The notes: a model not told the origin generated them from the letters alone. Shown: positions 25,030 through 38,867, counted from the whole stretch's first letter. The stretch is DNA of 63,106 bases, filler included, from Reticulomyxa filosa (GCA_000512085.1; 21 parts of 21 records of this genome joined end to end with filler, not necessarily neighbours in it); one strand, 5' to 3'. A program made the numbers and translations.

Positions 25030-27544
25030 AAGTCGATAAAGTGAAAATGATTCACGGCAAAATGGAGTGAGATAAAATTCATTGAAGTTAGCAAACGCGA
25101 CGGAATGATCATTTTGGTTCTCAATGGATAAAGGGGCACATGACAGATAAAGGGGCCACGACGGATAAAGGGGCACATGACGGAAAATTCCATGTTGTGG
25201 GAGTTACCAACGGTGACCGTGGTAGGGTCGACACAAGAAGCAAAAGCGTCAAAGTTGGTGTTCGTAAAGGTGTCGCGAAATGGGTTGGAGGACTGACTTT
25301 AGTCGAGGCGAGAAACGGGACCCGAACTCGATAATTGATGGATCGATTATTATGGTGGAAGAAATACTCCAAGTTCACGACAACATAAAGAAAGAATCTA
25401 CCTTTGTATTAACATATTTGTGTGTGTTTCAATACAGTGACTGAAAACAGTGAATACTCGCGAAAAACAACACGAGGAAGACACTTGGTTAGCTAACAGA
25501 AGCAATGACGAAATATCTTTGTCTGCAATCGCCTTTTTGATATCATCCGAAGAACAAGAAGGCGAGGAAGAAGCAGAAATGAATAAAGATGAAGACGAAA
25601 ACGAAGACGACAAAGCCGAGCATGGACGCGTAAAAAGCAAGGTGATGAATTGCGTTGACGTGGATGTCGGCGATCGAGTTTAAATTTATGGAAGAAAGGC
25701 AGTGTCGTGCGCTATCTTGCAATGTGATTTTCCAATGGAAAAAATTATTGGAATTGAGTTGGATAGTCGACATCCTAATGCAACTGACGGAACTGTGCGA
25801 GGAAAGATATATTTCAAGGTTAGCTTTAATTTATTTGTTTATTTATTCTTGTCTTGTTTTAATTTCATCTTATCCACTCTAGTACGCTCCCTAATACAAT
25901 TTCGTTGTAGAGGGATCTAGGGCCAGTGGTATATAATTTATTTATTTGCTTTTGGAAAAAAAAAGTCCTTGATTATTGTTAGATTTTGTTTTTGATGTTA
26001 GAAAGCAAACTGCGAGCAACAATGATAACGATTTCGATGGCGAAGACGAGACAACAACACCTCCGCAAGCGCCATAACCGAAAAACACAATTCAAAATCA
26101 GAGACTACGTGAAACTATTTCGAGGAAAAGTAAAAGTGTCAAAGTACATTGGAGAAACCGATTTGATCGAGTTGGAATTGGACACATAGAATCCTTACGG
26201 CACAATGGCATATCGTGAGGAAAGAAACATTGTGAGGCCAATGTATGTCGTGGCCATTTCACTCGAGAGGCTCAAGTAGTGATTCCTTTGGTGAAACCAT
26301 TAAAATCCGGTAGTCGCATAGTTTTCGTCAGTGGAGAGGCGACAAGTATCATCAAGTACATTGTTTATCCTCATTTTTCCGAGAGTGAAGTTATTTGCAT
26401 TGAATTAGATTTGTTCTTTTAGAAATAATTTTTTTTTTAATATGTAATGCTATGTTGTGTTTTCTTTATAGACGAATGGACTCCTGGTGCTCATGACGGT
26501 ATGTACAACAAAACAAATACCACTACTTTCAGGTGTTCTTTTTTTGTTTTTGTTGTGCATTATGTGTTTGAAGTGAAAAGACGTATATCAATTGATAGTG
26601 GCTTTGGTTCGAATGTAAAATGTAGTGTCTCAGTCGAATAGGTACGTTTGCCAAACGAAGATCAATTGTCGTGACTCAATCGATTTCGGAAGTGGAAACA
26701 AGATGACAGCGACAACGAAAGGGAAGAAAATACAATATTGAACAACGGATGCAAATTGAAACGGGGAAAAAAAAGAGTTAATCTGACTATTTTTTTTTTT
26801 TTAAAAAAACAATTTGCAATGATGAACTTTGAAATTTGGAAAAATAGACAACGCAATACATTGGAAAAAATACAAAAGTATAGTACGTATATCATTGAGT
26901 TAAATGGAAAAATACCTGGATGACCGACGGGCAGTTTATACTGTACATGCAGGTTTGTTATTGTTAATAAATTGCTATTGAGATAGAAGGGATATGAGCA
27001 AAACAAAATTCAATATTTTTGCTTTTTTTTTTTTTTAAAAAAAAAAAAGACATGGATGGTGGTATATTTGTGTGGAATGTTTAATCAAATGGCAATCGAC
27101 AAAGACGGCGTTCAAAATACAGTGAAATTGAGCCTTGGACGTCATGGACACATAAAATGCGTTGAAGATATAAGCGAATGATAAATGTATGTCATCGAAA
27201 TCAACATGTGGACCAGAAAAATCAATAAACACCGAAGCGGGACGAACAATGTGCTCCAGTGCAACTTGCAGACATAGCATAACTAGCTCACGCTTCTGCA
27301 TTACAGCCAATTCGCTGCTCGAGTTCGACCAAGACAAGCAACAAAGCTTGAAAGAGTCCAAAATGGATAGAATCGAAGAAAACGACAACTAGCATCTTTA
27401 AGTGGGTGAAACTGTGGAATTGACCAATGGCATGACGGCCACGATCTGTTTTATCGTTATCACACATTTTACGACAGACGAGCAGATAGGTGTGGAGTGT
27501 CACGATGGATGGGGCAAGCACGATGGCGCGCACAAAGGGAATAC
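25030..27544 (+). pseudogene. Decayed multi-CAP-Gly domain gene
   Basis: At least five CAP-Gly-like units: DKGAHDGK; VGDRV*..IIGIELDSRHPNATDGTVRGKIYF; IRDYVKL..KYIGET..LELD; GSRIV..IKYI..ICIELD/EWTPGAHDG; VGETVEL..IGVECHDGWGKHDG. Contains stops and frameshifts. Confidence 0.75.
25126..25183 (+). repeat. Three-copy ~19-nt tandem repeat (GATAAAGGGGCACATGAC)
   Basis: Directly visible; the middle copy lacks one base. Confidence 0.9.
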
Positions 27545-28110
27545 NNNNNNNNNNNNNNNNNNNNNNNNNNNNNNNNNNNNNNNNNNNNTTAATTAATTAA
27601 NNNNNNNNNNNNNNNNNNNNNNNNNNNNNNNNNNNNNNNNNNNNCATAGGCATTCAGCCATGTATGATAAGGGCTTGCCCTACAATCTTGTGCCATTTCT
27701 TATTTGTTGATAAATTGTAAATTGCCAGTTTTGTTGAAAAATAGCAAAACTCTTTTTCGTGATTTTTAATCCTCTTTTCAAAACAAATGTGTCTGTTAAT
27801 TATTATCACAGAAAATTTCACGAATAATCCTGAAATATTAACAGTTTTCATATAACTGAAGTCGGTCGTCTTCCAAAAAAAATACAGTAGAATAAAAAAT
27901 TAACAAATGCCACATTATAAAGATATTTATTTTCTTCAAATTATTTCATCTTGTGTATTGATTTATTAATTCGTGAAGATAAATATTTAACTCTGTCAGT
28001 ATCTTTTTGTTACTTAAAATAACCAGCTATGCTTTTACGAAGAAATAAATGTAAAAAACTTTTCCCCAACCAAATCAAACACATAAAAAAAACCGAAAGT
28101 TTAAAGATTA

Positions 28111-29355
28111 ATGTCGCTCCAAACTGATTTGGTTTCTGACATTGCCCTGCAAGCGGCAAATCCGTATTCACATTCTCTAGTGCCTCCGCCTACGGTTACA
28201 TCCACACGCCCACCGTCAAACATATTGCATGAAATATTTGAGACTTGGCGCACAGACCCGCAAGGAAAATTGATATTAGGATGTTGGATAGGAGGACTTA
28301 CAGTTGCGACCATATGGGGAGTATTTATGCGAAGGAGAATAAACCAACAAATAAAAAGCGAGACAATGAATGGAAAGCAGTTGGAAATAACGCCACAAGG
28401 GGATGAGCCGAGCGTCTCTAATAAAGTGGGTCCAAAAAATCAAGAAAATAATGGTCGCAAGAGTACCGGAGAGCACAATGTGGGTGAGGCGCAATCTCCA
28501 CGACGACAGTTTTGAAAAAATAATAAAAAATTGAATTCTTTATTTTATTGTATTTTATTGTTTTCTCTTTCACGTTCCGAGTGTTTTTTTTTTTTTTAAA
28601 TTGATCGGATGTAAACCTTTTTCCCTTGAATTTTCTGAAAGTTTCTTGTCCAGTATGGCAACTTTTTTTTTTTTTTGGTACAGTTCAGGCCAATCACAAC
28701 TTGATGAAGAAAGTGAAGTAATGGCGTCGGTGGATGCAAAGCCATTGAAATATTCCGGTTTGAAAGCAGCAATATCAGTGATGCGACTGGCGACACCACG
28801 GATGATAAGTGTACCATCACTATGGAGTGCATTGTTGATGGGAAGTTTGATATGGAAAACGCGAAGCCAGTCATCGGTGAATGACAGCATCGGTCGATTA
28901 GGAGAGATAGTGGTGAAACGCAAATGGAATGCATTAGCTCATACGACAATGGAATTTGCAGTAATTAGTGTGCACGCGGCGATAGCATTGGCAACAGCAG
29001 ATTTGCTGCAACGAATGCTAAGTCTAAGTGTGCGCTATTATCTGACCAATTCACTCCAAAAAAAATATCGCATCAAAGGTGTCATCGACAATGACACGAT
29101 CAGTGGAGTCAGTGACAAAAGCAACCACTTGCGCAATCGCCGAGGAGGACAGCACATATTGCGAATGATTGCGCAAATCCCGGATGCCGATGCACGCATG
29201 ACCAAAGATGTGGAGCAGTGGAGTGACTGCTTCAGCTTGTGCGTCGTCAACTTTACAAAGCCAATCATTGACTGCAGCGTCTACTCCACCAAATTGGTTC
29301 ATCGCATTGGCATGTATCAATTTGCACAATGTATCTTTTATTTCTTTATCTCCGG
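28111..29355 (+). CDS. ABCD (peroxisomal) transporter N-terminal/transmembrane region, 3' truncated
   Basis: SLSVRYYLTNSLQKKY..IPDADARMTKDVEQWSDCFS..NFTKPIIDCSVYSTKL matches ABC_membrane_2 (NPDQRIT.DV...KP.LD). An intron at about 28509-28683 joins the exons in frame. Confidence 0.8.
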
Positions 29356-29605
29356 TTTGCTTTGTCATCTTTCTTTCTTTCTTTCTTTCTAAATTCTTTT
29401 TTTTTTCTCTTTTTCGTTTTTTTTACATACCTCTATTGTCCCACTTGCATTTTGGAACACAATCTTTTTATATGTGTATGTGTGTATACATACGTATATT
29501 TATTTNNNNNNNNNNNNNNNNNNNNNNNNNNNNNNNNNNNNNNNNNNNNTTAATTAATTAANNNNNNNNNNNNNNNNNNNNNNNNNNNNNNNNNNNNNNN
29601 NNNNN

Positions 29606-29771
29606 TTCATCCAACAAAAAAAAAAGTTATTAAAAAACAAATTTCATATTTAAAAACTACAAGATTTGTAGATATTTAAAAAAAAATTAGGTCTAAATGT
29701 TGATTTTTCATGGGGAAAATCAATAATCATAAGATATGTTTTAGGCGTTCAGTTTTCTTTGCAACATACTG
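29606..29771 (-). mobile_element. Terminus of a Tc1/mariner-type element or MITE (longest copy)
   Basis: Reverse complement reads TA|CAGTATGTTGCAAAGAAAACTGAACGCCTAAAACATATCTTA, nearly identical to 46204-46235 and 61878-61918. Confidence 0.8.
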
Positions 29772-31127
29772 TATTATATTCTTGATAATGTACTAACAAT
29801 GTACATTTAAACAGTCTGAAATAGTATTGTTTATTTATTTGTTGAATTTTTCGTTTGTTTGAATTATTATGTCCTTTTAATATTTAACATTCTATGCAAT
29901 ATTTACAAAAATCTTTGCTATATTTATATCACTAGCTAAGTCATCAAGTATATTGCTTTCAAATATTGTCGCATCGTCAGCTTATGCTGAACAACTAATT
30001 AATTTCGTAAATTTACTTTCACATATTGCAAATTTTGCATTATGTTAACTTTATTACATTTCCAAAATAATTCACAATATCACAAGTACATCCACTAATA
30101 GATGCAAATCAACAACTATCAAGATGATGTCATTTGCTAGAAACACTAGTCCAGCTTACCAGCCGATGTCACATCGATCACTTTGAACACATTTAACTTC
30201 AACTGCATACCCATAATTACGTCAACTACATCTGCACCTTATAAGACAATGACACTTGTTACAAACTCTCCTGCGCTGTGCGTGTGTCTGTATGTATCTA
30301 TCATCATGATTCATGCAAACACGTAGTTATACATAGTGATTTGATGTATAATATCGCTTCATGACTTCTATAATCTTATACTGTATTTGCTCGCTGTCGC
30401 CAAAGTCGTATATTTCTGCATTGCCTTTACATGTTGCTTCTAGTTCAGCTTTCGCTTTTTTACGCTCTTGGACTGTGGTCGATGTTGTCGTCATGCTGCT
30501 TGACATAAATTTCAATCCATTTGTACTTCATTGATATTCGGTCTGGTCGAAACTTCAAATGACTATTGCCTCGCACTATGTCGCCGGCTACTGATAAGTC
30601 GCCCAAATGATTTTACAGAATTTTCTGCTAATTACAACAGTCGACTTAAAGCTTTCTTTAATACACGTAAACTTGACAACAACTTCACACGCGTCACTCC
30701 GACTTGTCGCGATCCTCTCTCATGGCGAACATATCTTCAGCTTCAAAAGACCAGTTCGAAGCACTAGTCTTAACACGCTTGGATAAAAACAGAACTAGTT
30801 GTTTTTTTTTTGCGACTAAACAGTGGGTACCAAATGTAGTCTCGTTAAGAAAATCAAAAGCTAAAATAGAAAATAATTGTAATGTTGCCAGAAAAATGTT
30901 GATGCAGCTTTAACATCAACTGTGACTCTACTGATGGTTTATAGTGCAAACTAAGTATGACAAACTTGTACATCGCTATGATTTAAATTGTCTAATACCG
31001 TAAAATACTTTGAAATTTTTTTCAAATTTTGAAAACGGGGACATTTACGTGTGACAAGACCGAGCAGTTTTGGGAAAAGGGAGGGGAGGTTGCTGACGAA
31101 TAAATAAAAAAAGGAAATAAAATCGAA

Positions 31128-32059
31128 ATGAGTATAGTTGAAGAGGCCGAAGCAAAATTTATAACTGATCGCCGTACATATAATGCTGCATCAAATGATA
31201 GTGATGACGAAAGAGAGTTAGAGATGCGTTTGCAAAAGTCACAGCCCATGCCCGATCTCCCTTCGGACGCGTTAATTCACGCGTTGCCAAGTGACCCCGA
31301 GCATGTGCCAATGAAGACAGTGGAAGTGGAGATAGAGAACAAGGTAGAGAATGGGCCAGCGGAATCGAAATTCGGGGAGCCAGTGAAGGGTCCAAGTAAG
31401 CGCCGTAATTCATCAATGAAAAGCGGTCAATCGGAAGAAGTGGTGTCGCGAAGTATATTTGACAAAATCGATGAAAACAAGCCGACATCGAGCAATGGAG
31501 GCGAGGACAACGATAACAAAGCCAATACAAACATGGGCACGACATTGATAGGAGGGACAAGGAACCGTTCCAAAACAGAAGGCGCAAGAACCGCAAGGCG
31601 AAGAAGAGAAGTCAAAGAGAGGAATTACAAAGACAAATGCATTGACGGCTTGTATTCATTTCCAAGATTTCAATTGCTCATGCATTTGTTTCATGTTTTA
31701 TTCACGTAAATTAATATATACATACACATTTTTTTTTTTAAAAAAAAAGGAGGGGGGGGGGAGAAAAGAGGGAAGATTAAAAAAAATATATATGTATACA
31801 TACATATATGTGTATGTACATAATAATATATTGAAATGACATAAAAAAAAAAAAAAAAAAAAAAAAGGGGGAAAAAAAGTTCAATCCAAAAATAAAAAAT
31901 AAAAAGACGCTTACTGATGATAGCAGATATACTAGCAATATTGCACATGCTGCGAATGCTCTGGAAGACACACCAGTTTGCGTTTGCGGCGGGATTTGGT
32001 ATTGTGGCGTCGCCGATGATAATCGTGTGGAGCGCTTGCTTGATTTACGTGGAACAGAT
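31128..32059 (+). CDS. Protein with an acidic disordered N-terminus followed by transmembrane segments; 3' truncated
   Basis: ATG at 31128 starts a hydrophilic exon. After an A-rich intron comes a hydrophobic exon ADILAILHML..FAFAAGFGIVASPMIIVW. Confidence 0.5.
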
Positions 32060-32159
32060 NNNNNNNNNNNNNNNNNNNNNNNNNNNNNNNNNNNNNNNNN
32101 NNNTTAATTAATTAANNNNNNNNNNNNNNNNNNNNNNNNNNNNNNNNNNNNNNNNNNNN

Positions 32160-35026
32160 TACAAGTACAAGCTGGTCGGCGTCACGGTCCACACAGGCAG
32201 CGCCGAGGCCGGACATTACTACTCGTATATTAAAGACCGCAAGACGGGAGACTGGAACGAGTTCAACGACAGTTGGATTAAGCCGTTTGACCCAAAAGAC
32301 ATGGACAAGGAATGCTTTGGCGGAAAAAAGCCGGGCAACAGCAGCAATTCCTGGAGCAGCGATTGGGGAGATAATCAAGAACGAATTAAGAATGGATACA
32401 TATTGGTATATGAGCGTCCCGCATTTTTGAAACCCGAACATAATGTTGTCCCTACTACTACTACTACTACTGCTACTGCTACTACTACTACTCGAACTGA
32501 AGAGAAAAAACAAGAGCCGACACAGAAGAAGCAAGATGAAGGAGATAACAAAGACGCATCGTTGGAAGAAGCGAAAATGCAAGACAAGGGCAAAACCAAG
32601 AGCGGCAACAATCTTGGTGTTAGAGTCGACCCTGGACTGAGCGTGGATGAAAGCTCTCTCAACTTCATCAACAGAGTTATGACGAGTCATCAATATCGCT
32701 AGAAAATGGGACAGAACAGGAAAAAAAGAAAGAAGAAAAAAAAGAAGAAGAAGAGAAGAAAGAAGCCTTAGTCAACGTGCTTGACTTCACCGACATCGAC
32801 CCGGTCAAGATAATGGCGCAGGAAATCAAAACGGACATTGTGAACAACAACATCGAGTTTATGCGCGATCGGCAGGTATTCAATCCCGCGTACTTCAAGT
32901 TCGTCTTCGATGTGGTCCGAGTGGCTCCAGTCCCGCCTTTCAAAGAGTACGACGACACGGGCAAGGAAAACATTGGACTTTCCGTCATCCAACTCGCTAC
33001 CAAAGTGTGCTTCCAGTACATTGCAAGAACTGCTGACAAACAAGTCATTTTCAACAAATTTGTTGCCTATTTGAAATGGTTGTTTGAAAGTTATGTTTTT
33101 TTTTTTTTTTTTTTTAACAAAGTCTGAAAAAAAATATTAAACTATTGAAATGTAAACTAATTTAACCATGAAATAATGTTGTTTTTTTTTTTGGTTAAAC
33201 TTTACTTAGACAATGTTCCTGCTTGTAAATGGTTATTATATTCTTTAAGCGAGAAACGTAAATTGGTGAGTGACTACATGCTGAAGACGCGCGAAGTCCC
33301 GGTGATGCGCGGATTTGGTGAACTCCTGGTGCACGCGTTCAAAACGCTGAAGCCTTTTGAAGAGCAGTCTCTAGACAAGGTCGAGACCATTACTCGCACT
33401 GTGAAGACGAAGAAGGGCGAAGACAAGAAAGTGGAGGAAGAGGTGGGCGTGACTGCAACCACTCGAATGGTGGAAACGCTGATTGCTTTGATCGAACTTG
33501 CGCCCAAATATTGGTTCCGCTTTTCCTATTTCTTCAATGTCTTCCGCGACTTTGCCATCTTGGGCCCGCTTCAACGCACGCTTTTAGTGCGCAGACATCT
33601 CATTGAAAAGCTCGGAGACTTGTACTTGGGCAATCGCTCGCCTTATGCAAAAGATACTCCCAACAAACAGTACCAGCAAATGGGCTCGCGAATGTATCCC
33701 CCCAAGTTTGACTCGCTCGTTCAAACTTTGAGCTTGCTCATTTGCTCTTGCCACACTCCGTCCACGCGAACGCGTTTGACGGCCATTAGACAACAGAAGG
33801 AGTTGACAGACAACGAAAGGAAGGAATTGATCAAGTTCCCTCAAACGTCCATACTTTATAAAAATGCAAACAACGAGGATGACTTATTGGAAATGTCTTC
33901 GAAAGACGAAAAGTTACCACATGCAAAAGAGTTTTATTTGGAAATGATCAGCCAAGCCCATCGCTCCAAAGACATTTTACACGCATTAAGCGATATTATG
34001 TGCCATTGGTCATTTGAGGATGCAAAATATAGTGACGATGTCGTTCGCATTATCATTGACGGTATTGACTCGAGCGGACCAGAGTTTGTCATCACGTACT
34101 TGCATATCATGGAACACTTTATTGGCATCAATGACTCGTACCAAAATCATCGATTAGAACAACTGCACGGAAAAGACGTTGGAGTCTTGTCCGCCATCAC
34201 CACCTATCGCTTGCATCATCAACCCTTTTCGTTCACTTGCATGCGTCACGTGATCGAAATCATGCTCAAAAATGAAACGTATCGCAACTTTATGCTCCAA
34301 AAACGTAATGAATGGAAATGGTGGGATTCGTGGCTGGATTCGTATATCAACCGAAGATATGGATCCACAAGTGACGTTTCACCCGATAAAAAAAAGTTGT
34401 TCGATGCGTATTTGCAATTGCTTACCAGCAACAACATTGAACCGATAAGAAATGTGCAACGTGAGGAACCCAAACATTTGGGTGGAGAAGGTGGCTATAG
34501 CATGTATGATACTCGCGTCCCGTCATCATTTCCTGAAGACCATGAACCAGGCCAAACAGATGATATTTACGAATCGGACGAGGAAGCTCCTACTCGCTTG
34601 AATGGTTTACCTGCATTGCCGGCACCAAGTAGCACTGGATATAGGATGAGAGCTTAGCTCAACGTGGAGACGGAAATGTAGCTGGACAGCAAGGAGTCAC
34701 AGGTCCACAAGGACATGGGACAAGGCATCAAGGCGATGCACTTGAAGCTGTCCAATCTTCTGAACATCCTCTTGCGCGTGAAGAAGTACCAGAGCATGGA
34801 CCTGCAGGAAATGGTGAAGCAGCTCGCATACCACGTATGTGAAATTGAATATAAGAAGCTAATACATACTTATAAAAAAAAAAAGGCAAAAACAAAGATT
34901 GCAAAAAAATGTTCAAATTTTTACGTAATATTGTGTCACATACATTATCTATGTATGTACACATAAGATATGCACATACAAACAACTTAGACGGTGAGAC
35001 AGACGCAAACTTGGACGATGTTTGAA
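32160..35026 (+). CDS. Ubiquitin-specific protease, USP9/24/34-like, C-terminal part
   Basis: His box YKLVGVTVHTGSAEAGHYYSYIK..WNEFND..ECFGG..NGYILVYER, followed by a long helical tail. Intron 33090-33209. Frame breaks near 32655 and 34643. Confidence 0.9.
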
Positions 35027-35760
35027 GTTCCATTCAAGTAAAAAGGTTTCTTTTTCTTTTTCTTTCTAGTGACCTGGAAACGTAGCGAACAGGTTTAGTT
35101 TATCATGTCGACCCTTTTTTGTTGTGACGTTTATGTTGTACATTGCACAAACATGACGTGGCTGTTCTCTGTGGTAATTTCGTTTTCTTGTTGTGGTCTT
35201 CCGGAGCTTCTCAAATCAAAGTCATGTTGCTCTTTAAATCATGAGTACAAATTGCTCCAAAAGCTTTTTAATTTTGTACGCCTTCGCACGACGAAAAGAA
35301 ACACCTCTTCAGATATGGTTCTTACACAAAATCATGTATAAGTTCCGGTCCTAAAATTCTTTTTTATTGGTCGTTGTGAAATGAAATTTTTTATTTAATA
35401 TCAATTTTATATTAACGACAACTATAAAGAACACAGCTGAGTAATAACAAAATATTTTTTACAACTGAGTTGTGCAGATCAGTTACAGAAAGTGAACGCT
35501 TATTTGTTAAAAGGATTGGCTACTCATTTTAAAAACACCCGAATAAAAGAAATCAATTATTCAAATCAGAAACGGAGCTTTGATTGCAAATTGTGTAAAT
35601 TTTTTTTTGGGACTTTTGTAATACCTCCTAGCCAAAACAATTTGTAAAATGGCAAAAGGCTTTGTCAAAATCCAGCCTGGATTTTTGTCAAAGTAATCTC
35701 TAGTCAATTCCCTCCAAAAAAAATAATAAATCACACTTACATTACAAATGACATTGCATT

Positions 35761-36447
35761 TTATGTGGCTTTGCCTTTTTCTCTTCCTTGGATTAATTTC
35801 ACACGGTTCTTCAATTCCTTTCTTTGCTTTCTTGCTCCTTCTTTCTTCTTTGCCAATTTGTCCTGAAAAAGTCAACATTAATCAAAAAAAACAAACAAGC
35901 AAATTCGCATCACATTCGAAGAGAGTGAATGACACAAGAATTCCTTAACTCGAATTAGTCTATATTTGTAATCATAGCGTTTTCTGGAACTGAAATCGTT
36001 GTAAATCAAGCAGAAACCTCGAGTTCGACCTCCACCAAATTTGGATCGGAATCCAAATAAAACAACTGTTTTTGGGTCTTTCACCTTAAACATTTGGCAT
36101 ATCTTACGACGAACCAAACGACGGCTTGGTGTTGCTAAATGCAAGTGCTCGACGTTCACAACCTTAATTGATTTTTTTTTATTAAGTCAACGGCGCTTTA
36201 TTTAATGACTTTGGTCCGAATTTTCGTATGTTTTTTTTTTTAAATCCTCAATGGGGAAAAAAGCAAAAAAAAAATTTCACTTCTTTTCTTTCTCGATTTC
36301 CTTTTTTGTTTTTTATGGCATTTATGTTACCATTTGTCGGCGTTTCAATAATTGGTTTGTTTGAAATTTGCCGGTTCTCACTGTAACAACACGTTTTAAT
36401 TTCGTGTAGCCTTTATATGGAGGTTCACCGGTTTTGGCCTTTGGCAT
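35761..36447 (-). CDS. RPS24: 40S ribosomal protein S24 (eS24), complete, 143 aa; exons 36447-36331, 36162-35950 and 35862-35761
   Basis: VTVRTGKFQTNQLLKRRQM|VVNVEH..VVLFGFRSKFGGGRTRGFCLIY..YRLIR|DKLAKKKEGARKQRKELKNRVK. Both introns are GT-AG, phase 0. Confidence 0.97.
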
Positions 36448-37075
36448 TTTCGAAAGTTTTTTGGGTTTCTTTTGATTTTATTGCAGAAAGAAACAAATCC
36501 AAAAATGAAATTTGGGGGAAGCAGGATTCAATTGTGAACTCAGAAAAACTTAAACAAAACCAGAAATACGTTTGATGCACCGTGCCATTAGTGAAACTAT
36601 CTTTCTTGTCAGACCGTTACAATCACCCAAATTGCAGTATATCATCTGGGAATTAAGTACATTTTATCATTGTGTATTTACTTTTGTTTAATTAATATGG
36701 ATGGAGTATCAAAAATTAATGTAGAAGAATACAACAGTCACTAATTTCGTTATCATCTTGCGTGTGTTTAATTTTTTTTCTTCGTTTGATTTCTAGCTAA
36801 AAAATTGATTTAAAATGTTAGTTTCCCTCCCTTGTTATGACGCAAAAAGAATTTGTCTAAAAAAGAACTGGTGTAACAAACGTGCTTTTCCAACATTACA
36901 CTCCTTTTTTTTTTTTGTCAAAAAAGTACTTTTAGGATCTGAACATTTGTACATCTACAAGAGATCATTGAAAAAGAAAAACAAAAATAAGTTGTCTATT
37001 TTTTTTTTTTGGAACATTGAAGTAATCTGTAGGACATGATTTCTGCGGACACAAAAGAGCTTTTGATTTGACTTT

Positions 37076-38186
37076 TCATTCACCAGTTTTTTTTCTTTTG
37101 AGTTCTTTGGGACTAGCATTGGAATCATCCCACAACAAATTGCCTCTCAATCGGCCAATTCTGTGTAGTTTTCGATAAGTGGAATAGTGTTGACTGGCAG
37201 CATAAATGCTAACAGGAATTCTAGAATAAATGATGGTCATTTCATTCAGCCAATAGCTGTCATTTTGTTCATGAGCAAAGCCAGATTCTGTATTTGTTGT
37301 TTCATTATTCTTCACATCGTGATTACTGTCGTCACCAGCAGAGTGAGCATTCATCTTGACAGTAGTGTAGTCCTTGAAGGTCATTCTTCGGTTTCTCTCT
37401 TCTTCGATAATGGATTTCATGCCTGCAAAGTCTCTCAAATCGGGTGTTTCGGGAATGTAAACTTTTTTGATATCATTGCAATACAATGAAAACAGCACTT
37501 TTTTCCAACTATTTGTGTGCAAATGTCCAATTACTAATGCCAGTTTATCAATTCCCACATTTTTCATTACATTGCTTAAATGTTGCAAGCTTAGTTTGTT
37601 CGTCAATATCTATTTCAATTGCGTGAGCATAAATATTGCCACACAACACATTTGTAAACACGTAGAGATGTAACAATTTTAGATACATATACATATACAT
37701 ATATTATAATTTTTTCCCTATTGTCTTTGCAAATTCAAAAATTACCTGCTTTTCATCCAAGCAAACTGCGCGCAAGTGTTTGCAGGTAGTGAAGTCAAAA
37801 TTGCAATCCGTTGTGCATGCAAAAGCCCGAAAGACTTCCAGCCCAGCAGGAAATTGCATTGTTGTTCCCTGCTTCCACAAAGACCTAGAGGCATAACCAA
37901 AAAAAAAAAAAAAAATAAAAATAATATGCATATATACATATACATATGTGAAAACTAGTACGAGTTATATAAAACAAGTGTTTGTTCACAAGACCTGTAC
38001 AAATCCAACACGATAAGCCGAGGCAATTCGTCAATAATGGGTTGTATCCAATCACGATCAGAATATTCGATGTTGTTTAATTCCAAGAACATGACTTGAT
38101 TAAACTTATTCCGGAACAGCATGTTCAATCCGGGGAATACCATTGGATCTTTGATATCCGATTCTGTTTCTATTTCTTGGTATTGG

Positions 38187-38250
<64 letters not shown>

Positions 38251-38688
38251 CGTCGTTATTGTCGTTATTGTCGCTATTATCTTCTGGAAAATAACGTTCA
38301 TGTTCAAACTTGCCATTGATACTAACGTGGATAACTTTTTTATGTTTTTTTCCTTCTTTTGTATTGTCTGATTTTTTTTTTACTTCGCCATTGCGTTCAG
38401 ATGATCCCCGTTGCTGATGTTGCTGTTGCTGTTGCTGTTGCTGTTGTGATGATACAAGCATTGGTTGGCGTTCAGTTCTCAACTCTTCGTCGTCGGATAT
38501 CGTCGCGTCTGGGAACAGTTTGTCACTCCAGTACACGACATCCTTCTTTCGTTTTGTGGTGGACGATAGGTTGATGCTATGCAAATACGGCAACACATAG
38601 TGGATCAATTCCGTCATGTCATATGCCACATTACGCATACTGTCACCATCCACATCAATATCTTCGATTGAAGAACAAGTTTTCATAG
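37076..38688 (-). CDS. Multi-exon protein with LRR-like segments and poly-Q/poly-N tracts
   Basis: LPYLHSINLS, LPRLIVLDLYRSC, FPAGLEVFRA and CKHLRAVCL resemble LxxLxL repeats. Exons are separated by AT-rich introns. Confidence 0.45.
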
Positions 38689-38714
38689 CTAAATTGTTTT
38701 ATTTTTATATTTGC

Positions 38715-38751
<37 letters not shown>

Positions 38752-38867
38752 NNNNNNNNNNNNNNNNNNNNNNNNNNNNNNNNNNNNNNNNNNNNTTAAT
38801 TAATTAANNNNNNNNNNNNNNNNNNNNNNNNNNNNNNNNNNNNNNNNNNNNAAAAAAAAAAGTAAAC

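Noticed and set aside
25030-27544. Stop-codon reassignment as the explanation for in-frame TAA/TAG/TGA
   Set aside because: Intact genes end in TAA or TGA, long exons have no internal stops, and the stops occur together with indels in decayed copies.
35561-35878. ORF suggesting a frameshifted RPS24 C-terminus
   Set aside because: Correct splicing at 35862 gives an intact frame ending at 35761.
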